From Octopus sinensis (lineage: Eukaryota): a DNA stretch of 30,632 bases. The DNA is taken from the NCBI RefSeq assembly GCF_006345805.1, contig NW_021823633.1, forward strand, positions 1 to 30,632, written 5' to 3'. The notes beneath the pieces were generated by a model, which had not been told where the DNA came from, did not search any database, and worked only from the letters and a program-made list of their open reading frames with translations. The translations under genes and the position numbers were made by a program. Numbering within the stretch: position 1 is the first letter of the stretch; every line of letters starts with the position of its first letter. Positions 1 through 12,361 of this stretch are shown here, piece after piece.

Positions 1-128
1 TTATTATTTTTATAATTTGTGTATATTTATTTTATTATATAAATGCAAAAAAACACCACCGGGAATCAAAGTAAGCTTAAATGATAAGCCGTGATAAGTG
101 AACCGCGATATCACGAGGTACTGCTGTA

Positions 129-171
<43 letters not shown>

Positions 172-345
172 ATAAATATTAGGGAATAAATCCAAATTTA
201 CAGGGAAAAAATCAGATTTAGGATTAAATCCAATTTTATAGTAAAATATTATAATATTAATTCGAGACAAAACTACTATTTTGCAAAACAAACAAGCAAA
301 GACTTAATCAATACATAAACATTTTTAATATAAAGAAATAAACCG

Positions 346-388
346 CCACTACAATCGTTTCATGTCTTCAATGACATTCGTCAGGTGG
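346..388 (-). ncRNA. Minimal type-I hammerhead ribozyme (mirror copy)
   Basis: Exact reverse complement of 464-506. Stem I extends further (GAUAAAU/GUUUAUU beyond a 2-nt bulge). Confidence 0.85.
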
Positions 389-463
389 ATTTATCGATCT
401 CCTAATCTGTTTTAATTTATGAGTTTTAATTCATGGATTAAAACAGATTAGGAGATCGAAAAT

Positions 464-506
464 CCACCTGACGAATGTCATTGAAGACATGAAACGATTG
501 TAGTGG
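464..506 (+). ncRNA. Minimal type-I hammerhead ribozyme
   Basis: CCAC-CUGACGA-AUGUC(AUUGAA)GACAU-GAAAC-GAUU-GUA^GUGG. Full catalytic core, 5-bp stem II, stem I CCAC/GUGG; predicted cleavage after 502. Confidence 0.85.
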
Positions 507-614
507 CGGTTTATTTCTTTATATTAAAAATTTTTATGTATTGATTAAGTCTTTGCTTGTTTGTTTTGCAAAATAGTGGTTTTGTCTCGAATTAATATTA
601 TATATATATATATA

Positions 615-826
615 CTGTTGTGTCCGGGGAGAGTCATTTTATTTTTTGCCTTATAATTTAACACACTCACCGGTAAAATTTCCTCTTATTCATTCTTTTT
701 ATTTTCCTAAAATTTTCATTGCATCTTGTAACCTTTTCAATAGGCTTGACTCTGTCCGTTATTTACACTGAGTGTGTTAAATTATAAGTCACAAAAAGAA
801 AATGACTCCCCCCCCAGACATAACGG
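615..826. mobile_element. MITE-like element with imperfect ~60-bp terminal inverted repeats
   Basis: ctgttgtgtccggggagagtcatttt...cttataatttaacacactca (615-669) is the imperfect reverse complement of tgagtgtgttaaattataag...aaaatgactccccccccagacataacgg (769-826). No ORF. Confidence 0.7.
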
Positions 827-2277
827 AATATGCTTCAACACACGAACTCACATAAAGAATCTCGCAAACCAACCCCCCAAAACGATATATATTATATATA
901 TATACAAGTATATATATTAATTATATATATATATACACATATTTATAATTAATAAAAAATACTAAGAAAAAAGAGAAGAAAAAGCAATAATGCGAGGACG
1001 TGAGAGAAAGAAAGAGAGAGAGAGAGGGGGTTAGAGAGAAAGAGATTTAAATAAATAAATAAATTAATTAATTAATTAATAAACTTACAGACAGAAAGAC
1101 AGGCAGTTACACCTATACTAATCTTTTGAAATATATTCTTATATCGTATCGAAATCTATCTCCATGTATGAGTCTGTCTGACTTTCTTTCCATCTGCTAA
1201 TTTAAATGTCTACCTATCATTTTAAATCTTTCTTTTACTACATAGCTTTCCACGAATAACACACACACAAAAACACACACACAACACACAGACAAATAAA
1301 CACAACACACACAGACACGCACACTTACACACACAGACTAATGCCAATCACATGTCCACAGAGATTTCTGCGTATTGTCGAACTTTCATAAATTTTTAAT
1401 TTATTTCTTAATTGAACAAAATAAATCTTCAAGATGTCTAGTAAAATACACAACTCAAGAGTCAGCCCATAGCCTCAGGATTGGACGCAATTTTATTTAG
1501 CATATAAACACAAATTACACTATCAACATCAAGGGGTTTTACTCTGTTTTAATTGTCCATCTACATGTACGTTAACAATTGTTAATTTAACCCAGTAAGT
1601 CTCTTATTGATTCTTTAGAAGTGTGGCCTGTCATGTAAGGTTGGGGAGCTCTAAAAACATAATAATCATTAGTATTGAAACATTTCACTAAAAATATTTT
1701 CCGGTTATTTTTTTTATATTCATTGCATTTCCAATAATCAAATTCCCTGCAGCTAAATCTCTTACACGTCGAACAGAAACGTAGCTGTTGCAGTCGGGTT
1801 ACTTGTAAAAAAAATGGCGCCATCTTTGTAATAGATTTCTGCTGTTCTGTTTTACGAGAGTGTTAGCGCAATTTTATTTGCTCAGAATTCCCAACTTTAT
1901 AACTTTACATTCATCACTTTTCAGAATAAAACTACAGTCAACAACTGATTTCTTGTTCAGCACATGTTGCTTCCTATCGTTCTCTTTCTTTTTTTTTAGT
2001 AATTATCTGTCATGAAATAACTTAGATCAAAAGGAAATTTGTCCTAGAATAGTTTTAGTCGGTTCATAGAGAGAATAGAAGGCTCTTCATTTTGCCATTC
2101 ATAGCAATTAAATGAGTCATCACTGAGCTCATAGCACCAACAAAAATGTCCTTTATAGAGTATTTTCTTCGACTCTTTAAATTTATGGCTGATTTAACGT
2201 GCATATGTGTATGTGTGTGTATACATATGTTTACATATACATATAGACATTAATCAATATCTTAAACATACACACAT

Positions 2278-2288
2278 CTATCAATCTT

Positions 2289-2373
<85 letters not shown>

Positions 2374-2374
2374 A

Positions 2375-2416
<42 letters not shown>

Positions 2417-2927
2417 CCTATCTAAACATATATATAATGTTTGTGTGTGTGTGTATAGTTTGCGCGTGTGTATAGTTATATATTTATGTCTCTCCATATA
2501 CCAATCTATCATCACACACACACACACACATATATATAAATATATATATAAATGCATATATATATATATACATATATACATATGTATACATACATAGATA
2601 TATATGTGAGTGTATGTGTGTACATGTCTGTACATTGGTAAAATACCACAAATGGAACGAGAGGGTAAGAGACTGACAATTTGACAAGACAACAGGTAGA
2701 CAAAGGTAGGTGCACAAAAAGTAAACACATACGCACACACACACACACAAAAAAAAATTTATAAAAGCATGAATATTTGTGCGAAGAAAATTGTGCGTCG
2801 AACAAAAACAAGAAAAGGACAATTCGTAAACTGAAATTTCGGGTGAACTCTTCATCAAAGTAGAGCAAGAAAGAAATATGCATGGAAAAAGAAACAAGAA
2901 AAGAAACGATACCCGTCCTGTCTGTGT

Positions 2928-2974
<47 letters not shown>

Positions 2975-3060
2975 ACACACACACATACACAAACACACAC
3001 ATACACACACACATATATATATGCATTCACACACACTCACACACACACAAACACATAAGT
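2278..3060. repeat. (TCTA)n followed by CA/TA compound microsatellites
   Basis: Direct inspection. Confidence 0.95.
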
Positions 3061-3074
3061 ACGTACATAGGAGC

Positions 3075-3260
3075 AAAGGAAGGTGGGAAAAATAGTACTC
3101 GAATACTAAAAGAAGAACAAAGTACTATTTTATTAAAACCGACAAATTTTCAAAAACTGTTACACAGAGTTTCCGTGACCGTTATGTTTGTCAGTTGTTA
3201 AAACTGTCTTACGAATGGTCACATGAAACACTGAGTAACAATCTGTGAAGTTTTTCGGCC
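3075..3260. mobile_element. Old, diverged palindromic copy of the family-2 hammerhead element
   Basis: 3080-3173 resembles 11901-11994 (aaggtg..agtactc.aatac...ctgttac.c.g.gtttc). The right arm 3204-3240 reads CUGU-CUUACGA-AUG(GUCA)CAU-GAAAC-ACUGA-GUA-ACA, with core G5 mutated. Confidence 0.6.
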
Positions 3261-3336
3261 TTAATGAATGAAATAGCATATATCGATGCTATTATGTTAA
3301 ACTGTCGTACGTCCAAATTAGGCCAAATGCGTTTTT

Positions 3337-3607
3337 GGACAAGTGTCTTCTAATATAGCTTCGGGCCGACCAAAGCCTTGTGAATGGATTTCGTAGATGG
3401 AACCTGAAAGAAGCCCGTCGTGTATGTATGTATATATTTGTGTCTGTGTTTCTCACCTCACCATTGCTTGACACCCCCGTAACCTAGCGGTTCGGCAAAA
3501 GAGACCGATAGAGTAAGTACTAGGCTTACAAAGAATAAGTCATGGGGTGGATTTGTTGGCAGTAATCCAGCATGGCCGCAGTCAAATGATTGAAACAAGT
3601 AAAAGAA
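3337..3607 (+). mobile_element. tRNA-derived SINE type 1, 5'-truncated
   Basis: Homologous to the copies at 11401-11759 and 29351-29743 (cggttcggcaaaagagaccgatagagtaagtactaggcttacaaagaataag; cagcatggccgcagtcaaatgattgaaacaagtaaaag). Confidence 0.85.
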
Positions 3608-3630
3608 TATATATATATATATTATATATA

Positions 3631-3678
<48 letters not shown>

Positions 3679-4579
3679 CATACATACATACATACATACA
3701 TACATACATACATACACACATACATACATACATACATATATATATATTAGGGTGTGTGTGTTGTGTTGTGTGTTGTTGACTCGAAAGATTTGCAATATTT
3801 CGGTAACTTATGCCATTTATTCGTCAGGTCACAACAAAAGATGCAGAATATTCTAATTAGAGGCCATAGAGTTGCGCCACCAGAAGCCATCTTATATTTT
3901 AGCCTTACTTATATTAACGTGAACTCTAACCTAAAACCAATAATTTATCCCCTCCTCTAATTATAACCAACCGAAATTTAACAAAGCTTTGATTTCTATT
4001 CAACCACACTAAAATTTTAACAATAATTCTGCCAAACAGTAAGATTCCTCCTCCTCTTCCTCTCCTCCTCCTCCCACAGACTCTTTAATTCTGACCACCT
4101 AATCAAACTATCCATAGTGATATTGATTTACTTGCAACAAAAACAAAAATAACACACTATTATATCGCACTCTCGTTGCAACCACATTGCTCCATCCACA
4201 TGGTGAAACAAAATATGTATCAAATTTTTAAAACCAAAACTATATTACATTGTAATGAACGCAAGTCATTTAAAACATCGATGTCAATTGATAGAATATA
4301 AATTTCTATGTGAAGCGAAGTTAAGTTTAAATAATTTAATGTAATAATCAGAGCAGAAGCGTTGGAAGTACGGTTATGCAGTATATAATTGGATAAGAAA
4401 AATACAAACTTGAGTGTGGATACAGTAGGCACAATGTTAGACGTATGGTTGAATGCTCGACTACTTTGTAGTGCGTACATTACATTAAAATAGGTACATT
4501 TACACAGACATTAACACACACACACACATTACTGCAGACTTCAAAACAAAAATAACATTTCGCATACTCACTCACACAG

Positions 4580-4582
4580 CTT

Positions 4583-4667
<85 letters not shown>

Positions 4668-4811
4668 ATCTATCTATCTCAATCTATCTATCCATCTATC
4701 TCTCTATCTATCTCTCTATTTATATATCTCTATGTATGTATGTATACATCTATTTCTCTATCGATCTATGCGTATGTGTGTGAATGTATGTATGTATGTA
4801 CGTATGTATAC

Positions 4812-4843
<32 letters not shown>

Positions 4844-5593
4844 ATATGTATGTGTGTGTATATATATGTATATATATTTCTCTGTATGTATATATGTATG
4901 TATGCATGTACAGGTGCGAGATACTAAAAAGTGTTGCTCCTATATCAGTTCATAGTACAACATTACATTTTGTCAATTAATCGAACAATTTCCCATAAAA
5001 TTCCCAATTCTTACGCAATTCTAAGGTTCGTACGGGGCGTGACATTTCATGTGCATATATGTGTTCATACATTCCTCCATATCTACATACATACATACAC
5101 ACACACATACATACATACACACATACATACATATGTATATATACTCATACTAATATATGTATTTATGTATGTAAGTGAATACATAATCATATATATATAT
5201 ATATATATCAATGTATATGAATACGCATAAACATACACACACATACACACAGATATATATATAATATATATATGTATATGTGTATATATATATATACATA
5301 TATGTATATATATATATTATACATATATGTATATATATATTATATGTATTTATATATATGTATATATATATACGTATATATATACATATCTATATTCACA
5401 TATATATATAGTATATATATATACATACCTATATCATAATATGTATATATATATATACATATATGTATATATATATCATATATATATATATATATATATA
5501 TATGTGTTATATATATATATATATATACGTATATACATACATATCTATATCAACATATATATATATATTATATATATACACATAGCTATATTC

Positions 5594-5624
<31 letters not shown>

Positions 5625-5640
5625 ATGTATGTATATATGG
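4580..5640. repeat. (CTAT)n and long degenerate TA/TG microsatellite block
   Basis: Direct inspection. Confidence 0.95.
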
Positions 5641-6379
5641 GCAATATTCTTCAAAGGATTACAAATTGAATCTAACAGAATTCGTTAACACTAACACGCC
5701 TACAACAGATATATAGACACATAGAATGCATACGAACTGACACATGTACACATTCATACATATACTATAACATGCACAAAGTGTACGCATACCTGTCTAT
5801 TTATTGGCGTATGTATATGTTCTTGTATATATATGCGCCTCTGTGTGTTTTGTGTGCGTATTTATGAGGGAGAACGAATGCGTGTGTACAAATAATTTAG
5901 GGCATGTTCGTGTATGAATAATGATCCACATTAGGAGTGTGTGTGTGTGTGTGTGTGTCTGTGTGTTTCTAAGTGTGTATCAGTGTGTGTAAGTGTAACA
6001 CTGTAAGTACTATAGATATTTAGATAGCGATGGAATACACAATTAATGTATTTGTGTATGCGTGTGTGTCTGCTGAGGGGAAGCGTCTGTGTTTGTATAG
6101 GAGCCAGAGAGGTAATGTAACATTTTACAGTGTAAGCATGCGCACAACTTACCCGTTTCGCTGTAATTTCTGGTTCATATCATGTAAGAGAATTGCATTG
6201 ACCCTTCGGGCGATACATCAATTGCAGAATTTTACATTTAAATACAATAATATTTTATTTCATACATATGTGCATAAGTACACATATACTGAGACATACT
6301 TAAATATACACAGACACGCATATACACTGCCATATGCAGACAGATATACACATGCACACAAAGAACTACTCACATACAG

Positions 6380-6494
6380 AGCTACACACAAACACATGCT
6401 GACCTACACATATATATATATTTATACATATATGTATATATAGGTATATATATATGCATATTTATATATTTATATATTATAGATATATATATAC

Positions 6495-6527
<33 letters not shown>

Positions 6528-6679
6528 ATATATATATATATATATATTACATACACACAAACATGCCGACCTACACATATATAAATCAAACGAATATGTA
6601 TAAAACACACACATCAAAGTAGAGACATATATATATGTATTTATACACACACATATATATATGTATATATAGGTGTGTA

Positions 6680-6725
<46 letters not shown>

Positions 6726-6837
6726 TATTATATATTTTTTTATTACAACATACATACACACACGGCACATACATACATATATATACATGTATATATATAT
6801 ATGTATATTATAATATATATATATATATATATATTAT

Positions 6838-6891
<54 letters not shown>

Positions 6892-7269
6892 GCACATCAC
6901 ATTCACGTACACGCACACATACACGCAGCTATGTAGGAAGCACGTGTACAACACATTTAGCAACGTAACCGTCTATTCATAGGTGTTGCATGTGGCTTCT
7001 ATAAATAGCGATATAATAAAGACAATACTGAGCTAGATAAACACTACCCAACACAAATACGTACTCACACCAAGTGTGTGTGTGTCTGTGTGTGTGTACG
7101 TATGAATATTAATATATTAATCTAAATACATTTGGCAAAGTTTCTGTGATATTTATAGATATTACATATGGCCTCTATAAATAGCGATGTATAAAGATAA
7201 ATGTAAACACACACACACACACACACACATACATACATACATAAATGCATATATATATATATACATACA

Positions 7270-7302
<33 letters not shown>

Positions 7303-7340
7303 CAAATATACATATATATGTATACTCATATATTTGTACT

Positions 7341-7373
<33 letters not shown>

Positions 7374-7719
7374 ATATATATATATATATATTATATATAT
7401 GTATACTTGTATGTATATATATATATAAGTGAAGATAGAAATTGTGTGTATGTGTGTATATAGGTTTGTGAGTCTGGCTCTATATATTTTGATTGAGTGC
7501 TCCACATCATACCACCGGCATGACCACCACGACCACCACCACCAACAACAATAACATTACTATCTCCACATTAATTTTTTTGCGAGATATCGACTAAATT
7601 TTCCCGAAAAAAAAAAACTTTGTTTCGGTATATTCATAAATCTACTAATTATTTTAATACCCTACCATATGCACGCACTCTTATAGACATAACTCTATAC
7701 ATACTAACTTACATAAATG

Positions 7720-7750
<31 letters not shown>

Positions 7751-7836
7751 TCTCTCTCTATATATATATCTACCTATCTATATATCCACCTATCTTTCTG
7801 TCTGTCTGTATATCTATCTATCTATCTATCTATCTA

Positions 7837-7884
<48 letters not shown>

Positions 7885-8109
7885 CATTTTTTATTTTATT
7901 TATTATTTTTTTGTTCTTTTCTTCCCTTTTACGATCCCTCTTGATCGAAAACCTACGCCACCCTTTTTCTTTGTTTCTTTTGTTTTTTGTTTTTTTCATC
8001 CCCCAAAAGAAAAGCTCTACCTTGTAACTTGTCCCATCTGTGTGCAGCCCTGTGTGGCCAATAAAGAAACTTATCTATCTATCTATCTACCTATCTTTCT
8101 GTCTTTCTG

Positions 8110-8180
<71 letters not shown>

Positions 8181-8217
8181 CTCTGTCTCTGTCTCTCTCT
8201 GTCTCTCTCTGTCTCTC

Positions 8218-8248
<31 letters not shown>

Positions 8249-8260
8249 GTCTATATATAT
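6380..8260. repeat. TA/CA blocks and (CTAT)n/(CT)n tracts with short unique spacers
   Basis: Direct inspection. Confidence 0.9.
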
Positions 8261-8698
8261 ATGGGCCACAAGTAAACCTTATATAATTAGAGAACGTCTT
8301 TGAAAGGTACTTTAAAAGCATACAAATGCGAACCATGCCTACAGACGCCATATTATTCACTGACTGCATATCGTCCTCTCGTCATATTCTAGAAAACTGA
8401 ACAGCTATTATTAAAGCTGACATCCAATGTTATATAATAACATGCAAAACCACAGTTCGATCGGATTTCTATATGCATTCGTTTGATAATAAATTACACG
8501 CCATAATTTTTATATGCATAGACACGTATATAATTACCAATATGTTTGTATAAATGAAGGAAATGCCCTCCGTAGAGAAAATCATAAACTTAACGTAACG
8601 CTCTCTCTCTCTCACTTTCTATATCTCTCCCGCGCTCGCTGTCTGTCTCTGTCTGTCTGTCTCTCTGTCTGTCTGTCTATCTGTCTGTCTGTCTCTCC

Positions 8699-8734
<36 letters not shown>

Positions 8735-8872
8735 GTATACACACACAACACACATATATATATCTTGCAATGCTGTCCTGGGGTACGACTCAAAATTGCA
8801 TTCAGCGTCATGGCTCTGTTTCGTGAGTGGCATGCTTTGAAGATGTGTCGAAACACCAATTGGCCACCATTG

Positions 8873-8978
8873 TTTTTATCGATCCGGAAATCAAAGTCGA
8901 CCTCAGCGGAATTTGAGCTCAGAAAATAACAATGGACGAGATGTCGGCGTGTGCTGAAGATTCTTCCAGCTTACCGCC

Positions 8979-8980
<2 letters not shown>
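8873..8980 (-). mobile_element. SINE type 2, diverged 5' part
   Basis: aaagtcgacctcagcggaatttgagctcagaa...gattcttccagcttaccgcc is reverse-complement similar to the 20045 copy. Confidence 0.75.
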
Positions 8981-9037
<57 letters not shown>

Positions 9038-9039
<2 letters not shown>

Positions 9040-10285
9040 ACTGACCAAAATAGATAGGAAAACAAGAAAAATAATGACAGGATCTAGGATGCATCACCCA
9101 AAATCTGACATAGAAAGACTATATATACAACGTATAGAAGGTGGTAGAGGCCTTATACAGCTGGAAAACTACTATAAAATAACCACCATAGGACTGCAAA
9201 AATATCTACTTCAGAAGGAAGGAAAACTGATCCAGATAGCGGCAAAACACGAGCAAAACAAAAAACTGTTCTCAGTATTTAAGGAAGCTGACAAATACAA
9301 ACAAGAATCATACCACCTAATAAACATGAAGAAGAAGAAGAAGATGAAGAAACAACAAAAGCTATAAAACAAATGAAATCCAAACTAAAAATAGAACAGC
9401 AACGAACCATGATAAAACGATGGCAAGAAAAGCCCCTTCATGGTAAATACTGCACTAAACTAAACGCAAAAGAAATAGACAAAGAAAAATCCCAGCAATG
9501 GTTGAAAAGCTCAGGACTCAAAGCAGAAACAGATGGATTTTTAATTGCAGCACAAGACCAAAGCCTCCCCACCAGAAATTACCAAAAACATGTAATGAAA
9601 AGAAATATTACAAGTAACTGCAGAATATGTGGAGATGGACAAGAAACAATAAATCATATTATCTCTAGCTGCCCAGTCCTGGCTAAGAAGGAATATATTC
9701 ACAGACATGACAGAGTTGGAACCTACATACATTGGAAGCTATGCCAACATTATGGAATAACAACAGAAAAAAGATGGTATAGGCACACACCAGAAAAGGT
9801 CACAGAAAACGAGAAAGCAACCATACTCTGGGATATGCCGATACACACAGATAGAGAAATTAAGGCCAACAGACCAGATATAGTTGTCAGCGACCATGAA
9901 GAAAAAAAATGCTTTCTAATTGATGTATCAATACCGGCTGATGACAACGTGTCTCTAAAAGAAATGGAGAAACTCTCAAAATACAAAGACCTGGAAATAG
10001 AGGTAACTAGAATGTGGAATCTGAAAACAGAAACAATTCATATCATAGTAGGTGCATTAGGCATGATAAAAAAATATTCAGACAAATACATAACAAAAAC
10101 ACCAGGACTTACAAACACATATAACATACAGAAAATCGCACTACTAGGCACTGCACACATCCTACGCAGAACACTTTCCTTACAATAACCATCAGAGCAT
10201 CACAACAAATCACAGCACATACCCAAGGCACACAGAGCTGCGCTCGGTAGTGAAGTGAAAGCACGCTATAAAAATAAAACTACTG
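9038..10285 (+). mobile_element. 5'-truncated non-LTR retrotransposon with restriction-like endonuclease (R4/Dong-like): RT C-terminus, CCHC knuckle, RLE, 3' UTR
   Basis: Motifs ERLYIQRIEGGRGLIQLE, ETDGFLIAAQDQSLPTRNY, CRICGDGQETINHIISSC, YIHRHDRVG and RPDIVV..LIDVSIP..EKLSKYKDL. One apparent 1-nt deletion near 9305 splits ORFs 8951-9367 and 9373-10188. (AAT)n lies on both sides. Confidence 0.9.
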
Positions 10286-10306
10286 AATAATAATAATAAT
10301 AATAAT

Positions 10307-10409
10307 GTGCCTAGTGTACCCTTATCAGACGGGTAGTCATGATCGGTATATTGGGCTTCGTATGTTTTACCCCAGTGTCACTGTGATGGCATGAACTGCT
10401 CTCTCACTC
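10307..10409. mobile_element. Short terminal fragment of another (AAT)n-associated interspersed repeat
   Basis: A 103-bp complex sequence bounded exactly by (AAT)n tracts. I recall it as the end of an abundant octopus repeat; not verifiable from this window. Confidence 0.45.
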
Positions 10410-10422
10410 AATAATAATAATA

Positions 10423-10470
<48 letters not shown>

Positions 10471-10472
<2 letters not shown>

Positions 10473-10560
10473 CTGGATCATAGATATAGCTTGCCCAGCT
10501 GACAACAAGGTATGCCAATAGGAAGAAAGAAAAGTTGAGAGATATGACAGGTTAGCTTGG
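10471..10560 (+). pseudogene. Fragment of a second RLE-type LINE (endonuclease core)
   Basis: Reads CWIIDIACPADNKVCQ*EERKVERYDRLAW directly after an (AAT)n tract; parallels LIDVSIPADDNVSLKEMEKLSKYKDL in the 9373-10188 ORF. Confidence 0.7.
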
Positions 10561-11208
10561 TAGCTGAGTAGACTGGAGCCACATGAAACGAAGTGTTTTC
10601 CTGAAGATCAAAATGTACTGAAACTCCAATCTTGCGATTATGATTGCAAACCTCCCAACCGGCAGACTGCGCACGTTCGCGCAGCATTTGTTCCGGCGCT
10701 CAAACCATTCTACCGAGCCACCAATTTGCTGGTTAATTACACCCAGCCAAACTTCAACGCTAGGTTTGAGAATCACAGAATATAAATAAGTAAGCGAGAT
10801 AATCTGCTTAAAAGTTGGCTAGGTTAGCGTGAACTTCAGCGTCGTCACCTCAATCAAATGCCAATTTGGTATAGATGAATGATCGAGCCAAGATTGGTGG
10901 TGGACATAATTTGGCGTGAGAGATTGAAGCAATAATTGGCCATGTTATGTGATTAACTTAGCTCTCTTTCTCTGTCTGATAGTCTGACCTTCTCTCTCTG
11001 TCTCTCTCTCTCTCTCTTTTACTTCTCCCTTGCTTTCTCTTCTTTCCATCACTGACTCTTGGCTATTATTTTAGCAATGTAAGCCAAAAATCTTATCTTT
11101 CATGATTTTGTCTACCGACGTTGTCTCACTCACCTGCCTCACTTTTGCTTAGTGAATCGACACTCTCTTACTCTCCCTTGCTTTCTACGTCTCCAGCCTC
11201 TCTCTGAC

Positions 11209-11269
<61 letters not shown>

Positions 11270-11285
11270 ATATATATATACATAT

Positions 11286-11338
<53 letters not shown>

Positions 11339-11400
11339 ATACACACACACACACCACACATATATATATATATATATATATACTCTCTTTTTTTTACTCA

Positions 11401-11759
11401 CTTTTACTTGTTTCAGTCATTTGACTGCGGCCATGCTGGAGCACCGCCTTTTAGTCAAGCAAATCGACCCCGGGACTTATTCTTTGTAAGCCCATTACTT
11501 ATTCTATCGGTCTCTTTTGCCGAACCGCTAAGTTACGGGGACGTAAAAACACCAGCATCGGTTGTCAAGCAATGCTAGGGGGACAAACACAGACACACAA
11601 ACACACACATACATATACATATATACGACAGGCTTCTTTCAGTTTCCGTCTACCAAATCCACTCACAAGACACTTGCCCAACATGCCACGCAGTGGGACT
11701 GAACCTGGCACCATGTGGTTGGTTAGCAAGCTACTTACCACACAGCCACTCCTGCGCCT
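11401..11759 (-). mobile_element. tRNA-derived SINE type 1, near full length with a ~30-bp internal deletion
   Basis: Minus-strand head aggcgcaggagTGGCTGTGTGGtaag...GGTTCAGTCCC (A-box- and B-box-like), internal TG/TA microsatellite, tail gaaacaagtaaaag. Confidence 0.9.
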
Positions 11760-11809
11760 ATATATATATATGAATATATATACACACACCACACATATAT
11801 ATATATGTA

Positions 11810-11877
<68 letters not shown>

Positions 11878-11979
11878 GGAGTAAACACATAAATGTGAAA
11901 CAAGGTGAAAAAAAGAGTACTCAAATACCAGTGGTAGAGTAATATGCTTATATTTAAGCAGCAGAAAATTCAACAAAAT

Positions 11980-12015
11980 CTGTTACTCTGTTTCTCGTTG
12001 CCGTTCATCAGACAG
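11980..12015 (-). ncRNA. Minimal type-I hammerhead ribozyme (mirror copy, 2-nt deletion in stem III)
   Basis: Minus strand reads CUGU-CUGAUGA-ACGGCAACGA-GAAAC-AGA-GUA^ACAG. Confidence 0.65.
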
Positions 12016-12323
12016 TTTTTGCTAGAATGGAACTGATATATCAATTCAATCTATACTCTTACAAACGCTACACCTTTAAAAAGAAATGGACTTGTTTGAT
12101 TGGCCCTTTAGAAAAAACGGTCAATCTTCGAGCGATAAACAAAAAGGTATAAGTTTTATAAGTTTTTATATATATATACATATATCTTTGACCTTTTTGT
12201 TTATCGCTCGAAGATTGACCGTTTTTTCTAAAGGGCCAATCAAACAAGTCCATTTCTTTTTAAAGGTGTAGCGTTTGTAAGAGTATAGATTGAATTGATA
12301 TATCAGTTCCATTCTAGCAAAAA

Positions 12324-12361
12324 CTGTCTGATGAACGGCAACGAGAAACTCAGAGTAACAG
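12324..12361 (+). ncRNA. Minimal type-I hammerhead ribozyme
   Basis: CUGU-CUGAUGA-ACG(GCAA)CGA-GAAAC-UCAGA-GUA^ACAG. Stem I extends to ~10 bp (GCAAAAACUGU/ACAGAUUUUGU). Stem II has a GNRA loop but an A.A mismatch at its base. Confidence 0.75.

Larger units (their letters stand above)
172..602. mobile_element. Palindromic Penelope-like terminal-repeat element (family 1), with a hammerhead in each arm
   Basis: Near-perfect inverted repeat 250-416 / 437-602 with a 20-nt spacer. The left copy appears to extend to about 172. (TA)n flanks both sides. PLE origin is inferred from the hammerhead type. Confidence 0.75.

Noticed and set aside
3770-3835. Minus-strand CUGACGA...GAAA with some flanking complementarity
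   Set aside because: Stems II and III do not pair and there is no valid cleavage triplet.
2207-8303. Numerous YIYI, HTHT, VCVC and LSIY ORFs, here and throughout the track
   Set aside because: Di- and tetranucleotide microsatellite translations.
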